A stretch of 64,000 bases of DNA, taken from contig NW_002060943.1 in the NCBI RefSeq assembly GCF_000150275.1, positions 11,222,878-11,286,877 of the forward strand, given 5' to 3'. The notes under the pieces are model-generated. The model saw only the letters and a list, made by a program, of their open reading frames with translations, was not told the origin of the DNA and did not search any database. The position numbers and the translations under genes were made by a program. The DNA is from Trichoplax adhaerens (lineage: Eukaryota > Animalia > Placozoa). Shown here piece after piece: positions 13,888-27,519 of this stretch (position 1 is the stretch's first letter; each line of letters opens with the position of its first letter).

Positions 13888-15405
13888 ATGGAAAGCGGCA
13901 ATTATAGCATGGATTATAATACAACTATTCTCCTATCAGATTTAACATCGATTCCATCATTATTATCTAATCAGAAGCAACCAATGCAAAAGCAATCACC
14001 ATTAGATTGGCGGATTATCTTTGGTGTCACTATCTTTGTAACTGCTCTAGTTGGCAATTTAATATTAATGGCACTGATACTATTTGATCGTCAACTGCGT
14101 AAATTAGAGCATGTGCCTATTGCAAGTTTATGTGTTGTCAATATCTTGACAGCTGTTATGATTATCATGCCCTTTTTTATGTTTTTAATCCATCGCAAAT
14201 GGGTACTTGGCCAAGCATGGTGCTACTTATGGAATCCTATGGGATACTTTCTACCATCGACAGGCATCTTTCATTATATGATTATTTCAATTGATCGTTA
14301 TCTACGAGTTACTCGTCCATTAGAAGTAACTAAAACAAAAACCAAGCGCCTACTGATATTGCAACTGATATTATCATGGATTATACCAGCGATTGTATCT
14401 TATTTGCCTGAGATGATATGGAGGCAATTCGATTTTACTTATTCCTATCGATGTTATTATAAATATCATAGGAACAATATGTTAATTTATAACAGTGTAG
14501 TTGTTACAGTTTTATTTGGCCTACCATTATTCGTAACAACGGCTATTTATATTAAACTAACTCGAATAGCATTAGGGCATAGTCGTACAATAAAGCTACA
14601 ACGTCTATCGATTGCATCGCAACAGTCACAAGAAAAAAGTACCAGAAAGTTACGACATCAAAGTAAAGGAGAAATTATTTTAGCATTTCTTTTATTAGCC
14701 TTTGTAATTTGCTGGCTACCAACCTTAATTTATGCTTTAGTCTCTTCCATAACTTATCCAAAAGATCCCAGTAGAAAGATACCATGGCTTTATCCAATGT
14801 TGCTTGTTATCAACTTCTGCTATCCAACTGTTAATCCTATTATGTTTGGGTTGTTATATAGACCGGTTAGAAGAGCCCTAGTGAAGCAATATTGTAAAGT
14901 TTGCCGATTTAATACATTCATGGACCGTACAACAACTATGATGAGTTCAATATCACGATCCAGTATAGCAATGAAAAATAGTAATAGCTTAAGTAACAGT
15001 CAAGATAGACGAGTATTACGTCGACTAAGATCATCTAATAGTAGTTTTAATCCATCTGATACATTAAGTAGCATTAGAGATCATAAAAGACCAAGTTCAT
15101 CTTGCAAAGATAACATTTCTTACAGCAATAAATCATCACCAGGGCCTTGTAGTCCTACAACTGCACTATATCGACCTTTTCCCAAGACAATTATTGATCA
15201 ATCTAGCATATATATCCGTGAAAATGTCGGAGAAAATGTGACTAATCGTCTACAGTATCATCAACAGAAAGCTAATCGTCAAACAAATGGGAATCACTCG
15301 TATAAAAATTCTCATTCTTCATCGACATCTTCTGGTAGCATGCAATATGTAGATATTAACGATAATATGTTCTATAATGATTATAATCAAGAAACGAATG
15401 TATGA
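13888..15405 (+). CDS. Intronless rhodopsin-class (class A) GPCR, aminergic-like fold, 505 aa
   Basis: Seven hydrophobic segments; GN (TM1), WVLGQAWC (ECL1/TM3), SIDRY, W4.50, P5.50 and Y5.58, CWLP (TM6), NPIMF (TM7); N-terminal N-glycosylation sequons NYS and NTT; long Ser-rich tail ending ETNV. Confidence 0.96.
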   Translation: MESGNYSMDYNTTILLSDLTSIPSLLSNQKQPMQKQSPLDWRIIFGVTIFVTALVGNLILMALILFDRQLRKLEHVPIASLCVVNILTAVMIIMPFFMFLIHRKWVLGQAWCYLWNPMGYFLPSTGIFHYMIISIDRYLRVTRPLEVTKTKTKRLLILQLILSWIIPAIVSYLPEMIWRQFDFTYSYRCYYKYHRNNMLIYNSVVVTVLFGLPLFVTTAIYIKLTRIALGHSRTIKLQRLSIASQQSQEKSTRKLRHQSKGEIILAFLLLAFVICWLPTLIYALVSSITYPKDPSRKIPWLYPMLLVINFCYPTVNPIMFGLLYRPVRRALVKQYCKVCRFNTFMDRTTTMMSSISRSSIAMKNSNSLSNSQDRRVLRRLRSSNSSFNPSDTLSSIRDHKRPSSSCKDNISYSNKSSPGPCSPTTALYRPFPKTIIDQSSIYIRENVGENVTNRLQYHQQKANRQTNGNHSYKNSHSSSTSSGSMQYVDINDNMFYNDYNQETNV

Positions 15406-18400
15406 GTATGTTTCGCCCACATTGTCCTTATAGCGCTAGAGTTGCAGAATAGTATAATTATCGCTAAATACTAGTGCTATATTACGATAATATTATATAA
15501 TTATATACTATTATTAATACTATTCTAATTACTGAGAGATTAAACTGATTTTAGCAAAAGCTATTATTTAAAGGACAAACTTAATCCGGGCATTATAGTT
15601 TATCTTCAGTACGCAATAAGTTAGCCTTTTGTGATTGATTTTAACTATTCAATCATAATTTAATAACATCACTGCCTTTAAATATCTATCTGATTCAAGT
15701 TATTTATTGCAAATGCTACTCTTAAATGTCCCATTCCATTTTAATATGATTATTGAGAGGCTTTACCAAAAAAACTACCGTTAAAAATGGAGTAAAATTT
15801 TCTTTAATTTACTCTATTGTGTTTAGCAGAACAATGGTCTATTTGTAAAGCTAATGTATATATAGTAAGATGGCTAAAATTCATTTCGTAGTATGGCAGT
15901 GTATCAAACGAATAATATAGTAGCAATGACTAATAAGTTGAAGAAAATATCAAGATAACCTGGATTGATCATTTCATTTGAGATAAATTGATATCGTTTA
16001 TTAACTTAATTACAGGTAACTTAATTCGAATGTTTCTTTTATTGATCAGTTTTTAGATTTCTATCTACTTTAATAGTTATTTGATTGCAGTATTGATTGT
16101 ATCTTCATCTGTATTCATAAGAAAGAAGCATAATAGTAAAAATTGATTGTGGGGCACCGTAAGACACTACATAGATCTATCTGCTACACCAAATTAACCC
16201 AGCTGTAAACTTTTAAATTGCCTATCTATATCTAAAGCGTATTGTTACTTTCGTAATGAAAAATCTAAATAACGTGGTCAATATCATTCACAATATCGGT
16301 TTAATTAAAAATAAAAGATCATGATTGTTTATTTACTTATTATTGTAGACATCAAAGTAAACGCCAATAGTACAATTTAATCAACCATATCACTATAATT
16401 GCCTAATGGAGTTAGCGTTATATTTCAGTTGATGTTCTCGATCATGAGAAATGTTTTCATGATCTACTTTTTAGCGATATATCATTGTTTTTATCCTCAT
16501 CTTCGATTTAACCGTAGTTATTTGTAACTAACTGACAACATTTCATTAGGTTTTATTTGTTGCCAGTTTAACCCGCATGCCATGCCGTGCGAATGAGATT
16601 TTCAGGTAATTATAATATTACTTGGCGCTACATTCAGCACACATTCATTTCTATAGCTCGTTACTCGGCTGATAGAAAAAAGAATTAATATGCTGGAATA
16701 CTCTTAGCGAAATTTCTATTATTGCTTACTTACAGTTATAACCTCAACAAACTAACTCTTTCCTTTTCACTATGTGATAATTTATTTCCGTACTCCCATT
16801 ACAATTAAAGTCATGTTAATCAAGTTATTCACTTACTAAAATTATCCAGTCTTATAATTAGTAAAATCTAATACTGATACTTTAACGTTATACTATCGCT
16901 GTTTGCTGCAACCAAGAATTTTGGTACAAGAAAGACATCATTGTTACCAAGGGAGAGATCTCTTTCTGGTAGGCCACATTGTAATCAAGCAAAATCTTGA
17001 TTGAATTTTCTCACTAAATTTTATGTCGTAATTACTGACCAATGTTGATATTATTATTGTAGTTTAAATATTTCTTGAAATATCACTCTACAATGGTTTT
17101 AATTTATCAATAGTAGGAGGAACACTAGCCATAACATGAATAATAATTAATAATCGATTAATATAAAAAATGTAATTATTTATTTAATCAATTTAGTTTA
17201 ATCATGTTGGAATTAATTGCACCACACCGTCACCTACAGAATAATATCACCTATGTCCATTGTGTATGTATATTAAATATTGTTTTTAAATATAAATGTC
17301 AGGGTGATACTGGTAGTTATAAGTTTTTCGTTGCAGAAATTGTGGTTAGCTACAAGATAACTCCTACTTTACGCTATAATACAGTACATGAGGATAGGTT
17401 GCGATTTTGGTTATATACCGCACATATGCCGGTAGATTATTCTCAGCTACTGACTTATGTAAGGCAGAATTGATCTACGCAGGATGACTATCTCTTTGTA
17501 TATTCTACTAATGTTACCTTGAAAATCTGCATCTCTTACTTTCCTTTTTCTCTCCAGATGGATTATCTTTATAGCCTAATAAACTGTCACTTTAAAGATT
17601 TTTGTCCAAAACTTCATTCCGTTATCTCCCAAAATTAATTCTTTAGAGGGCAAAGAACCGGAAGTAGTCTATTAAGTTGAATAACTATCTAGCGGCACCG
17701 GCCGCTATCGGCATCTATTTCTCTCAATAGTTTTGTTCAAATACCATTCTAGCTAAGGAATTCCCCTTTAAAATATTTTTTAGTAATTCCTGATAGTTGT
17801 TGCTACTGTGTCGCCATATTATTACAAAAGTAATTGTACTCTACGCCAAAGTAATAGGACAGATTGCACATAAACAAATGGCTGAATCATGGACTGAATA
17901 ACGCATTCATTTGAGCATATACTAAAGTAGCAGTAATGCTTACCATAGAGAAGTGAAGTATCGAGAAAGTATATACCTAGCGCATACTGTGGCATAGAAT
18001 CATTATTAGTTGAATAAATAGTAGCTATGAACTTGACAAGAAAATTTGTGATGTTGCGTTGTTAAAAGGCAGTACATTAATCAAAGCTTTATATGTCATA
18101 GGTTAGTGATGTTTACTATATTTATTCTAATGTCAAGTATCATTCTTATATCATGTTAGCCTATCCACATACATCTAACTCATTTGGGCATCTTAAATTC
18201 GACATAAAATATATCTTCGTAAAGAGTAGATGATTTCCAGTCATTTTTATTAATTCTGACCTCGGTCGTGTGTAAATTCTTATTAATTAGTAAATCTGTA
18301 TGTTGTTATTTTCTCCACTCTTCTCGTAATAAAATTTTTTTTACCTCTAAATACGTTATAATTTACTGGCTATGTAGCCTGTATAATTACACACAGAATC

Positions 18401-21400
18401 CAATACGATAGCTGTACTTTATCACTTTACTTGCAGATTCCATATTACAATTATCAAGTCTTAAATTACCATTACATTGAGTCATTGAGGTGATGAGTGC
18501 ATCATTTACCTTATACATACGATGTGCAAAATAGAGGTTCATGGAGATTTGAAATGTGCAGTATCGTAAAATAAGTAACTACAACTAGCTACAGGCAAAA
18601 TTAGGTGATTACAATATCAAATATTAAACTGTCATTCAGATTTCTTTAAAAATGTTATTCTAACTAGGCCCTTACATGACAGCTAGGCACCTTTCAATAT
18701 TTATTATTTTAAAAAACTATTCGATATTAGAATATCCGTAATCATACCGATTAAAATATCTAGATAGAATACGAGTATATATATATATCTGAGCTCAAAG
18801 AAAGAATAAATAAATAAAGATTTCTGATTGCTATCTTACATCACTGGTTCATGTAAACATATCGATTCGAATGTTTTAGAATGCTACGTACTCTCCTGCA
18901 ATTATTACCTTTAAAACTGTTATTTATGATGCTATGATCACTTAATGGTTATGAAATAGATGGTTTGATAAGATCATTTGTTTTCGATTAATGCAAACTA
19001 AACAAATATGAAAGGAAATTTAAATCCAGTTTATATAATAGCACTAGCATTGGACACCATCCTCAGAGATTCAAGTAGTTAGGTTATTTATATTAACTAA
19101 TACTCGCATAATGACATGTAGTAAAGACCACGTACAATTAGAAATAGTCTGTGAGACTTAAATTGGTTTTACTTAGTTGAGACTAATATCAACGATCTGA
19201 TTGTAATGTCTAGATTACGAATACCACTTTCTTCTAGACTATTTTTTCTCACCAAAAATTAACACGTACTATACTGTACTATTAACGATACCTTAGCTGA
19301 CTACTAAATCTTAACCTTATAGAGAGGTAGTAATATATAATAGAAATTTTAAAAATTAAATGATATTTAGCGTTTTCATTCGTTAGCACAATTAATACGA
19401 TTGAAATATAGGGAGAGATACTTTCCCTTTCAGTTATTTAAAATATTTTGTATAATCGCAGCATCGTAATATGGGAAATTAAAGCAGCTGAGGAACTAGT
19501 TTTAAAAAGAATTTTGAAACATAGGATTGCAATGCTAAAATCAACCAATTATCAAAGCTTTAATCTTAAAAGTGCACATAATGATTCTTCAAATAGCTCG
19601 AAGACAAGAATACCTTATCTAAATACCTCCACAAAACAAAAACTTCTTTCCCCCTCCAGCCTACACTACTCTAATTGTAGGAATATTATGTTGGCTTTAG
19701 GATATAATTTATTATAACTAATTCTATGCTGTTATTAGTAGTTATATACAGTATATCTTTAACAATGCCTCCCTAACAATTTCTCTCATAAATCTAGCTA
19801 TCTCTAGTCATTGTTATATCTTTCATGCAATGTGATAAGAAATCATTGACTTTTAAAAGCGAGCCCACTTTCTTAAAATATGAATACCCAATCACAATAA
19901 AGTTATGACATTCTATTGATTTTTCTAATTCCTTTAAACTTATATTTCTCATTACAATAACATTACCCAATACCGTTTTCTGCTTAAATAAACTAAGAGC
20001 TATTCTAGACTCTACGCAATTTGTTGCAGAGAGGGTGGGTAGAAATAAACTTTCGTTACAGAAGATTATGATAGTCTAAATCTTTGTATCCTGCTGTTAA
20101 AGTACCGTAATAATGATGAATCCTATCAGGAGGTAAATCTGATATTAGTGATATACAGACGTTGTAGTTACCCTAATGCAGCTGAGTTTATCAATAAGTA
20201 ATTAGATTAATTTTAGATGCATTATCTCTTTGCACTGACAGGTAAACTAATGATAGCAAGATTACAGGTATTGCTGTGATATTATAACAAATGATCTAAT
20301 TACAATAAATGAAAACAAAATTATATAAGATTTTAATACCTATACGATCTTTTCAGTCGAGATGGTATCGCAGTTCCATTTAAGACAACAGATGTATGCA
20401 ATATTATTTACCAGACTTCAAAATCAACCAGGATTCTTTCAGGTTGTTAACTTTCTGTTTAAGAATAAAGTTTCTAACATAGAAACTTATAGCTAACTCA
20501 ATCGTTATAGTAATAGTTGAGAACGGAGACTTTCTAAAATGATTTGGTGAAAAAATGGCTAATGCCAGGCAATAACAGCAAATAGATTCCTTTATTAATT
20601 ACGTTTTGTAGACATTATGAATATACTTTACAAAACAGAATTAAAAATTCTCCATAATTATGTAGTCAAAACTTCTCAGAATATGTTATAATCTTAATTA
20701 CGGCACCTTATCAGTGATTCATATAACGAATATAAAATAACAAACTAACTTTACTACATTTAGGATACTAAGCTACTAATGATGAAAGATACTACATATG
20801 TGAGGGTTGCATCTCCTTCTCTAAAGTTTACGTACGTCTTCGTTAATTATCAGTACGATCAATAAAAAAATAAGCAAAAAATCTCTAATTATTGTTTTGC
20901 TATACGTAAGTGGTTGAGCAGTTTATAGTTATGGCACTTAGATATAATTTCTCATTATTTCTATTAAATTGATCTTTATGATTTATACCGATTATTATGT
21001 AAGTATGTTTGCATCTTTAATTTATTTGGCATATTCATAGTTTATTTGCGTTTAGTAGGTAAAAAATAATAAGTATTCATTTTTGGCATAGTTTACAGAC
21101 CTTACGTTACACCTAGAAAAATGTGTTTTCAATATATCCGTATAATTTATTTCTAGAAACTATTCTAATTAATTATCATATAAGGACATATTTGTTACTG
21201 TTTTACGAACGTTTATTCTAATATTTTGATTTATACTTCTTGACATTCTTGAATAATTACTCTAGGAATATGCTCGTATGTTCCTGTGATAAGTAAATGT
21301 TTTTTGAATATTCATAACTTGTCGGCTTTGGTTATTGCTTTAGTGTAATAATTAAATTCTACCATAAAGAAGACGCTTTTCACTTACTTCTATGGATTCA

Positions 21401-24400
21401 GTATGACCACTATCATTTCATTTTCTCAAACGAAAATTCAGAAACGAACAGCAATAGCCGACAAGAGATTGATTAAGTAATTACATGGACAGTTTTATCA
21501 ATATTTAATTGTGGACTTCATATAGAAAGCGACATATTTAATAATTATATTAGTAGACACTTCATTAAATAGCTCTTCTTTCGTAAGATCTGTAACGTAA
21601 TTCTTAAATTTGGCAGTCTATTCGTGGTAAAGCTTACCAGTGCACAAGTATTATCTTACAATTCAAGAATGATCCCTGATCTATAATGTTATATTTAATG
21701 CTTTGCATCACGTCGCTGCATTTATTTAATTAAAGTCACTAATCAGACTATAGCGATTGCCAATACGGTACATAAAGAATGAAATAAATAATTAAATATT
21801 TCACCCTGACTAACAATGAGTATTTGCGAAAATATTTCTAATTAATCAATATTCGTGTTTGTAAAAGCCTAATGTTTCATTTTCTATTCTAAATGATCGT
21901 ATGTATTGAAATGTTAGCGTAAATAGTAATGTAATTTGGTTAACAGATTAAAAATGGCCTCACTAAGTCATGGAATGATCTTAAGAAACAAAATAAATAT
22001 CCACTTATTCGACTTATACATTTTAGATACCTTCTTATTACATTGGTAGAAGGTACAAGTTAATAATTGTATTTCAGTAAGTTGTGAATATTTATTAATT
22101 ACTTTCCATAGTAGACAAAAGATTACATCTTACTATGTTAACTAATTTAATGTTATATCGAATTTTTACTATCTATGCCTTTATCATCTCACAAACCGGG
22201 ATAGTATTTACAACTCTATTTTCAATAAGGGAAACTGTTTGCTTAGCGCTACTTTCTCTAAGGTTACCTAATAGTGAAAATAGCGATGAGTTAAGAATAG
22301 CAATAAAATTTTGAATTATGTAATAGTACCTATATCATATAAATGATTATAAGTAATATATCTTATTGATAATCGGTTTCTCTTCAGGTATGTATGATAA
22401 CAGGGATTGAACTATCTCTACAATACGAAGTTCTATTATAAGAGTATAGGTAAAGGACGATTAAATGTTGCCCTTTAGCTAAGACCAAAGTTAAGGGTAT
22501 GATAAATAATAGAAAGGCCTTTGTGAGAAAGTATTGGCTGCCTATGCAATTATACAACGAAATTAGAAATATTTATATTTTATCTTGTATAATGGATAGT
22601 AAAGAGTAATCAATCGAATTGTTCGTTCAAAGTATGATTCAAAGAGCTGTAAAAAGTTATAGAGAAATAGCAATTAACTCTATCTTGAAAACAAGTTAGA
22701 AACAGAAGAAATTGTTCAATTAACTACCATACAGATGTCAATTGTGAATCTACCTTGAAATAGAAAAGGTGTTATGATAATTATCAGTACCAGGATAATA
22801 TCCTGGCCAATATGAATGGTAGTAAATTTTTTCTAAATTGCTCAAATTGTATTGTCTATCAATGCGTCAATAACTGTTTGCCATTATTACAGCTTTTCTC
22901 TTATATTCTATGTCGATAATAATGAGCATTGTCCATATTTTTTTTATTTTCGTTGTATGTCTAGTTGTAAAAACCTATCCTAAGGAAGGCTACTGTTGTA
23001 TTTGAAAATAAGTCATCAATCGATATTGAAAATTATGTTTATGATTTTTATGGTTTGGACATCAATAGCCTTATGTCAGGATATTCATTAGCATAAAAAT
23101 AAATGAATTAAATATTGAACCTACTACGAAATAGGGATAGACTATAAACAATAACCAACGATATAAGTCTTAACTCAATTCATTAGCTTAAAAAAACAAA
23201 AGATTGCCATCCAATTTTTAACCTCCAATATCTATCACGTTTACTAATAAAGAGTTATTGTTTGTGATGGTTGTTAGGGCGATATTAATTGATTTCCTTC
23301 TCCTTGCAATTTTTCATTTTTTCTCTTTCGGTAAGTTGAACTCTTTATCTATCGATAAAAACTACGTAGCGTAAAAGTTAGTGGAAATATCGAGTAAAAA
23401 TCTTCGAGAAAGACTATCAAAGCTGGTTAACGTACGAGTATAAAATTTTTTAACTAGAAATTCTATTTTGACTCTTCGTATGTTATTCAAATAGAACGAT
23501 CCAAGATCGGAAAATCTAAATTTATACCAAAAAATCAATTCTCAACTTATTTTAATCAAATTAAAGAAGGCAAACATTTTTGACGATAACTGGCGGCTCT
23601 ATATTACAAAATTTTATAGGAATCTTATTAATCGATGGATAATTTGAGCGCATTTCTTGTTAAAGTTATAATATAGTCACTATTCTATCAACGGAAAAAG
23701 TAGCCAAGAAATATCCTTGCAAGAAGAATTTGCTTTAAACTCCGTGAAAAAGTTTCAAGTTTAGGTTTAGCTTATATCTTAAAGTAAGTATTATCCACTG
23801 TAGTATTTCTTTGAGGTATAACCTTACAAGGGAATAAATTTTTATAAATTTACTACTCTAATCGAGTTTCTTAAATCTATCATTTAAATCAGTCGATAAA
23901 GAGTTCAATATTACATTGTACTAAAAGTAAATAGAATAAGATTTACGCGTACTCTAGTAACTTTGACTGAACAAATTTATTCCAAGATTTAAAGTATAGA
24001 TTTTAGCACTATTGAGCGCTGTCTATCCAGATTTACCTATCGTATATATGTAAAGGGTAATTAATAATTATATAATTGTTTTCGCTTGGTTTGATTTTAT
24101 AAAGTCTTCAAATGTGTTCACTTTATATTGTTTCGATACACCTTGTCTATTAAGTTAGTGATTCTTAGAGTAAAACTGTCAGAATTATCGCAGCACCTTC
24201 CACTTTAATTTGTTGAAAATGTTATGAGTTTTAAACGTGTATACCGGTAATAATCTACGCCAGTTTTACTAAACTACGAAGTTAGTAAGCGAAAGTGTTT
24301 GACTTATAAAGGCACCTTTATGATTAACCAATGCACTCTATGTTATTATAGTCTAAACTATCCAGTTCGACCCCTTTCTATATTTAATATAGTTAATAAA

Positions 24401-24485
24401 TAAATCAACATATTATAGCCATAGATAGTGTTTACTTTGATTAGTAAATTCATTCTAATGTAATCTTTTCTATATCGTAATCGTT

Positions 24486-24535
24486 NNNNNNNNNNNNNNN
24501 NNNNNNNNNNNNNNNNNNNNNNNNNNNNNNNNNNN
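24486..24535. other. Assembly gap (50 N)
   Basis: Run of N bases. Confidence 1.
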
Positions 24536-25920
24536 TGCATCGTTATTTTTAGAGATTAGTCGTTGCTTCCATGTCTACTGAAGGAGTCGACCCCCGATTA
24601 TCCAGGTTTGTAATCTTTTATCAATGTTATACCGTTAACATTTTGCGACTAAAAGTTGATCTAAATATCGCAAATATTAAATAATTTCTTTCGTTAATAC
24701 AAGTAATTCATCACCTTTTTAGTGAAAATTTTAAGCTCGATCTTATAAATAAATATCTAATCGTCATAAAGTAAAAGTGAACGAAAGATCTTTAATAGTT
24801 TATGAAGCGACCATTCACTGTGAATTTTTCGTTTAAAAAATTAACATTTTTAGCTGAGGACATTAAAAGTTTCAAACGATTATAATAGTAATTTATAACT
24901 GTAATTTTTGCAAGAAATAATGGCACAATGAGTAGTTCGACATGACCATTTAATGAAATTTATGAGAAAGCACACCTTCGGAACAAGATTCATTTTACAG
25001 TTCATGATATTAAGTTTCATAGTTATAAATGTACCCTATCATAGCTTTTCCGTATTCCATCTATCCTTTTTTTGATGATAGAAATAAACACAACTATACT
25101 CTAATTTATGCTATATTTTACAAAATGAAACATCAGTCGTCACGTCACGTCTTTGTCCAAACAGTTCATTACATATTTATTATTATTATAATTGCATACT
25201 TGAGGTTAGCTTAATACGCAAAAATACCTTTAATATATTTGTTAGTTGATGTACAATCCCTAATACTATCGATTTATTGATCCATGTTAGGTTTAGCTAT
25301 TAGCAAATCATATTGTAAAATACCGTAAAATTAGTATAAAAACAAGTCTATTTACAAAATGGGATAATGACATAGAAATATTATCAGGGTGGATCCCTAT
25401 GACGAGATAAATCTCGTACGATCTAAAGTAGTATAGCCAATTTTACAGGATCTAAAGCGATTGGTTAAATTTGTAGTAAGGAAAGTAGTATGCGTGGATA
25501 TTACGCATAAAATACATTTGAAGACGTATATTGGCACAATACTTGGTGCAGTTACCAAATTACCTTCATACACAGATGATTAGTTCTTTTAGCTACTATG
25601 TCCGGATGAGGTGAAGTCGTCGATAATAGAATATTTTACTTGGATAATTATTTATTGCTTGATTATACCTTGACTTAGCTACACGTATTAGTGGTTTTAA
25701 GATTCGATTATAGTATAGAACATGACTGGACTAACATAACATACAGTACCTAAATATTACCGAAGTAATTCAACTGATATTTAATCAGGAATATAGTATT
25801 CACTGGATATTAGTGCCCTGTATCATATAACTATTTTACTTATACGTGCATATAATAAAATTTTGCAATATTTCGAATCACTGCTGACAGCGAGAATTAA
25901 ATTTGCTTTAGTGTAAACAG

Positions 25921-27519
25921 GCTAAATGATCAATCGCATAAACCAGGATATCAAACCGTTACTCGTGACTCTAGCTCAAGTACAGTCTGTAATCTTACAG
26001 TATCACCTAATCACCTTAATCGTCTTACACTGCCAAAACTTCAAAGATCATTCCATGAAAATTCAACTACAACTACAGGTAGCTAAATTCGTTAAAATAT
26101 TTGAACATGAGGTATAGCATATTGGATTTACGCAATAGTAATATTATATACTGTATATACTACTATAACATATAAATCATCCGCAATTTAAAACTATTTA
26201 TTCACTTTTTTGATCATAGGTATTAAGAAATCAAAATTTGAAAAGAAAAAACCAAAACCTCTTCACATTTCAGCTAATCAATATTTAAAGCCAACGAATG
26301 GTGTTGATTATTTGCGCTATTATCGCCGAGCGAGTCAACAGTTAAATAATCAGTATTCTATAGAATTCTTGGAAGATAATTATGAACCACCAGCATCGGA
26401 AAATTATTTTAGTTGTAAAGATACAATTAGTAAGTTAAATAAATTAATTGATCGGCGTAAAACAATTCATGGCACGATAGACTGTATATTGCAAGGCATT
26501 GCATGGTGTGGTATATTGTATAGATCTTACATGGATTTGTAGTATATTATTACTGTACTGTAAATTTAATTTTTATTTTGATGAATGATACATAAGTAAG
26601 TATTCCTGCAAATCGTTGGTAAAATAAGGTATAGGGTTTGATATAATTTGCTTTAGTTATTTCGCCTACAATACAGTAACATTCTCCTATCTTATGACTA
26701 TTTTATTGTACGGTTATTATATATGAAATAAATCATCCATCACCGGCAAGTTTTTCGAGCCTTGTAATAGTGCAGTTAATTAGATACCTGTACTTGTCCA
26801 AAAACTCAGTTACTATTATCTATTAATGTAAATTTTAAAATCATTTATCGATATTAGCCTTATTAAGATTTAACAACTTTGTCTGATTAATTATCTACCT
26901 TATCCTTATATTATTTAGTTGTTTCAGGGATCGTATTATTACTTATGTTCTATATTGGTTTAGGAATTATTGGTAAGGCTACCATAAAATCTATAATTTA
27001 AAGAAATAAATTATCGGTTAAGTTACGGTTCTCCAATGTTTTAGGATCGTACAAATTTTTATAATCTTTCTATCCTAAATTACAGTATATAAGTTAATTA
27101 AAGGATAAATTGATATAAACGGAGTATTAATTTTTTTTCTAGGAACCTTCACTTTGGTTGCCAATGACTGCCCTATCAGTATTTATATACCAATCTATTT
27201 ATTAGGTCTGTGTTTGCTATCCATATTGCAAACAATACAATGCACGCAGAGCAAAAGTAGTACTTTTCGACGCCATTCCTTACGGTGTTTTTTTGCCTTA
27301 ATATTTATTTGGTCCATATGTGGTAGCTCCTATGTATTTTCCGTGTATTTACCTGATTTCGAAGATCGAGGTCTATCTAATCGTTATTGTCGTCGTTTGG
27401 TGTATTTAGTTGCATTTTTTACATCTATTGCTTATCTTGTTATTTATACTTTTATGTCACTATATTACCTCAATCGATTTCTGCGTCATATTAAACGCCC
27501 CTCTGAAGTTGATTTATGA
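25921..27519 (+). CDS. TMEM272-like four-TM membrane protein (start uncertain; possible ATG micro-exon 25606-25610)
   Basis: In-phase exons 25921-26078, 26220-26510, 26919-26972, 27143-27519. Motifs DCPISIYIPIYL, IWSICGSSYVFSVYLP and YCRRLVYLVAF fit the recalled TMEM272-family pattern CP..IP.YL / W.I.G..V...Y.P / YC...Y..AF. Confidence 0.7.

Noticed and set aside
5000-25600. Short ORFs at 8307, 11129, 17204, 19448 and 25029, plus 34-36-aa frames near 7072 and 12185
   Set aside because: AT-driven composition, no recognisable motifs and no consistent splice partners.
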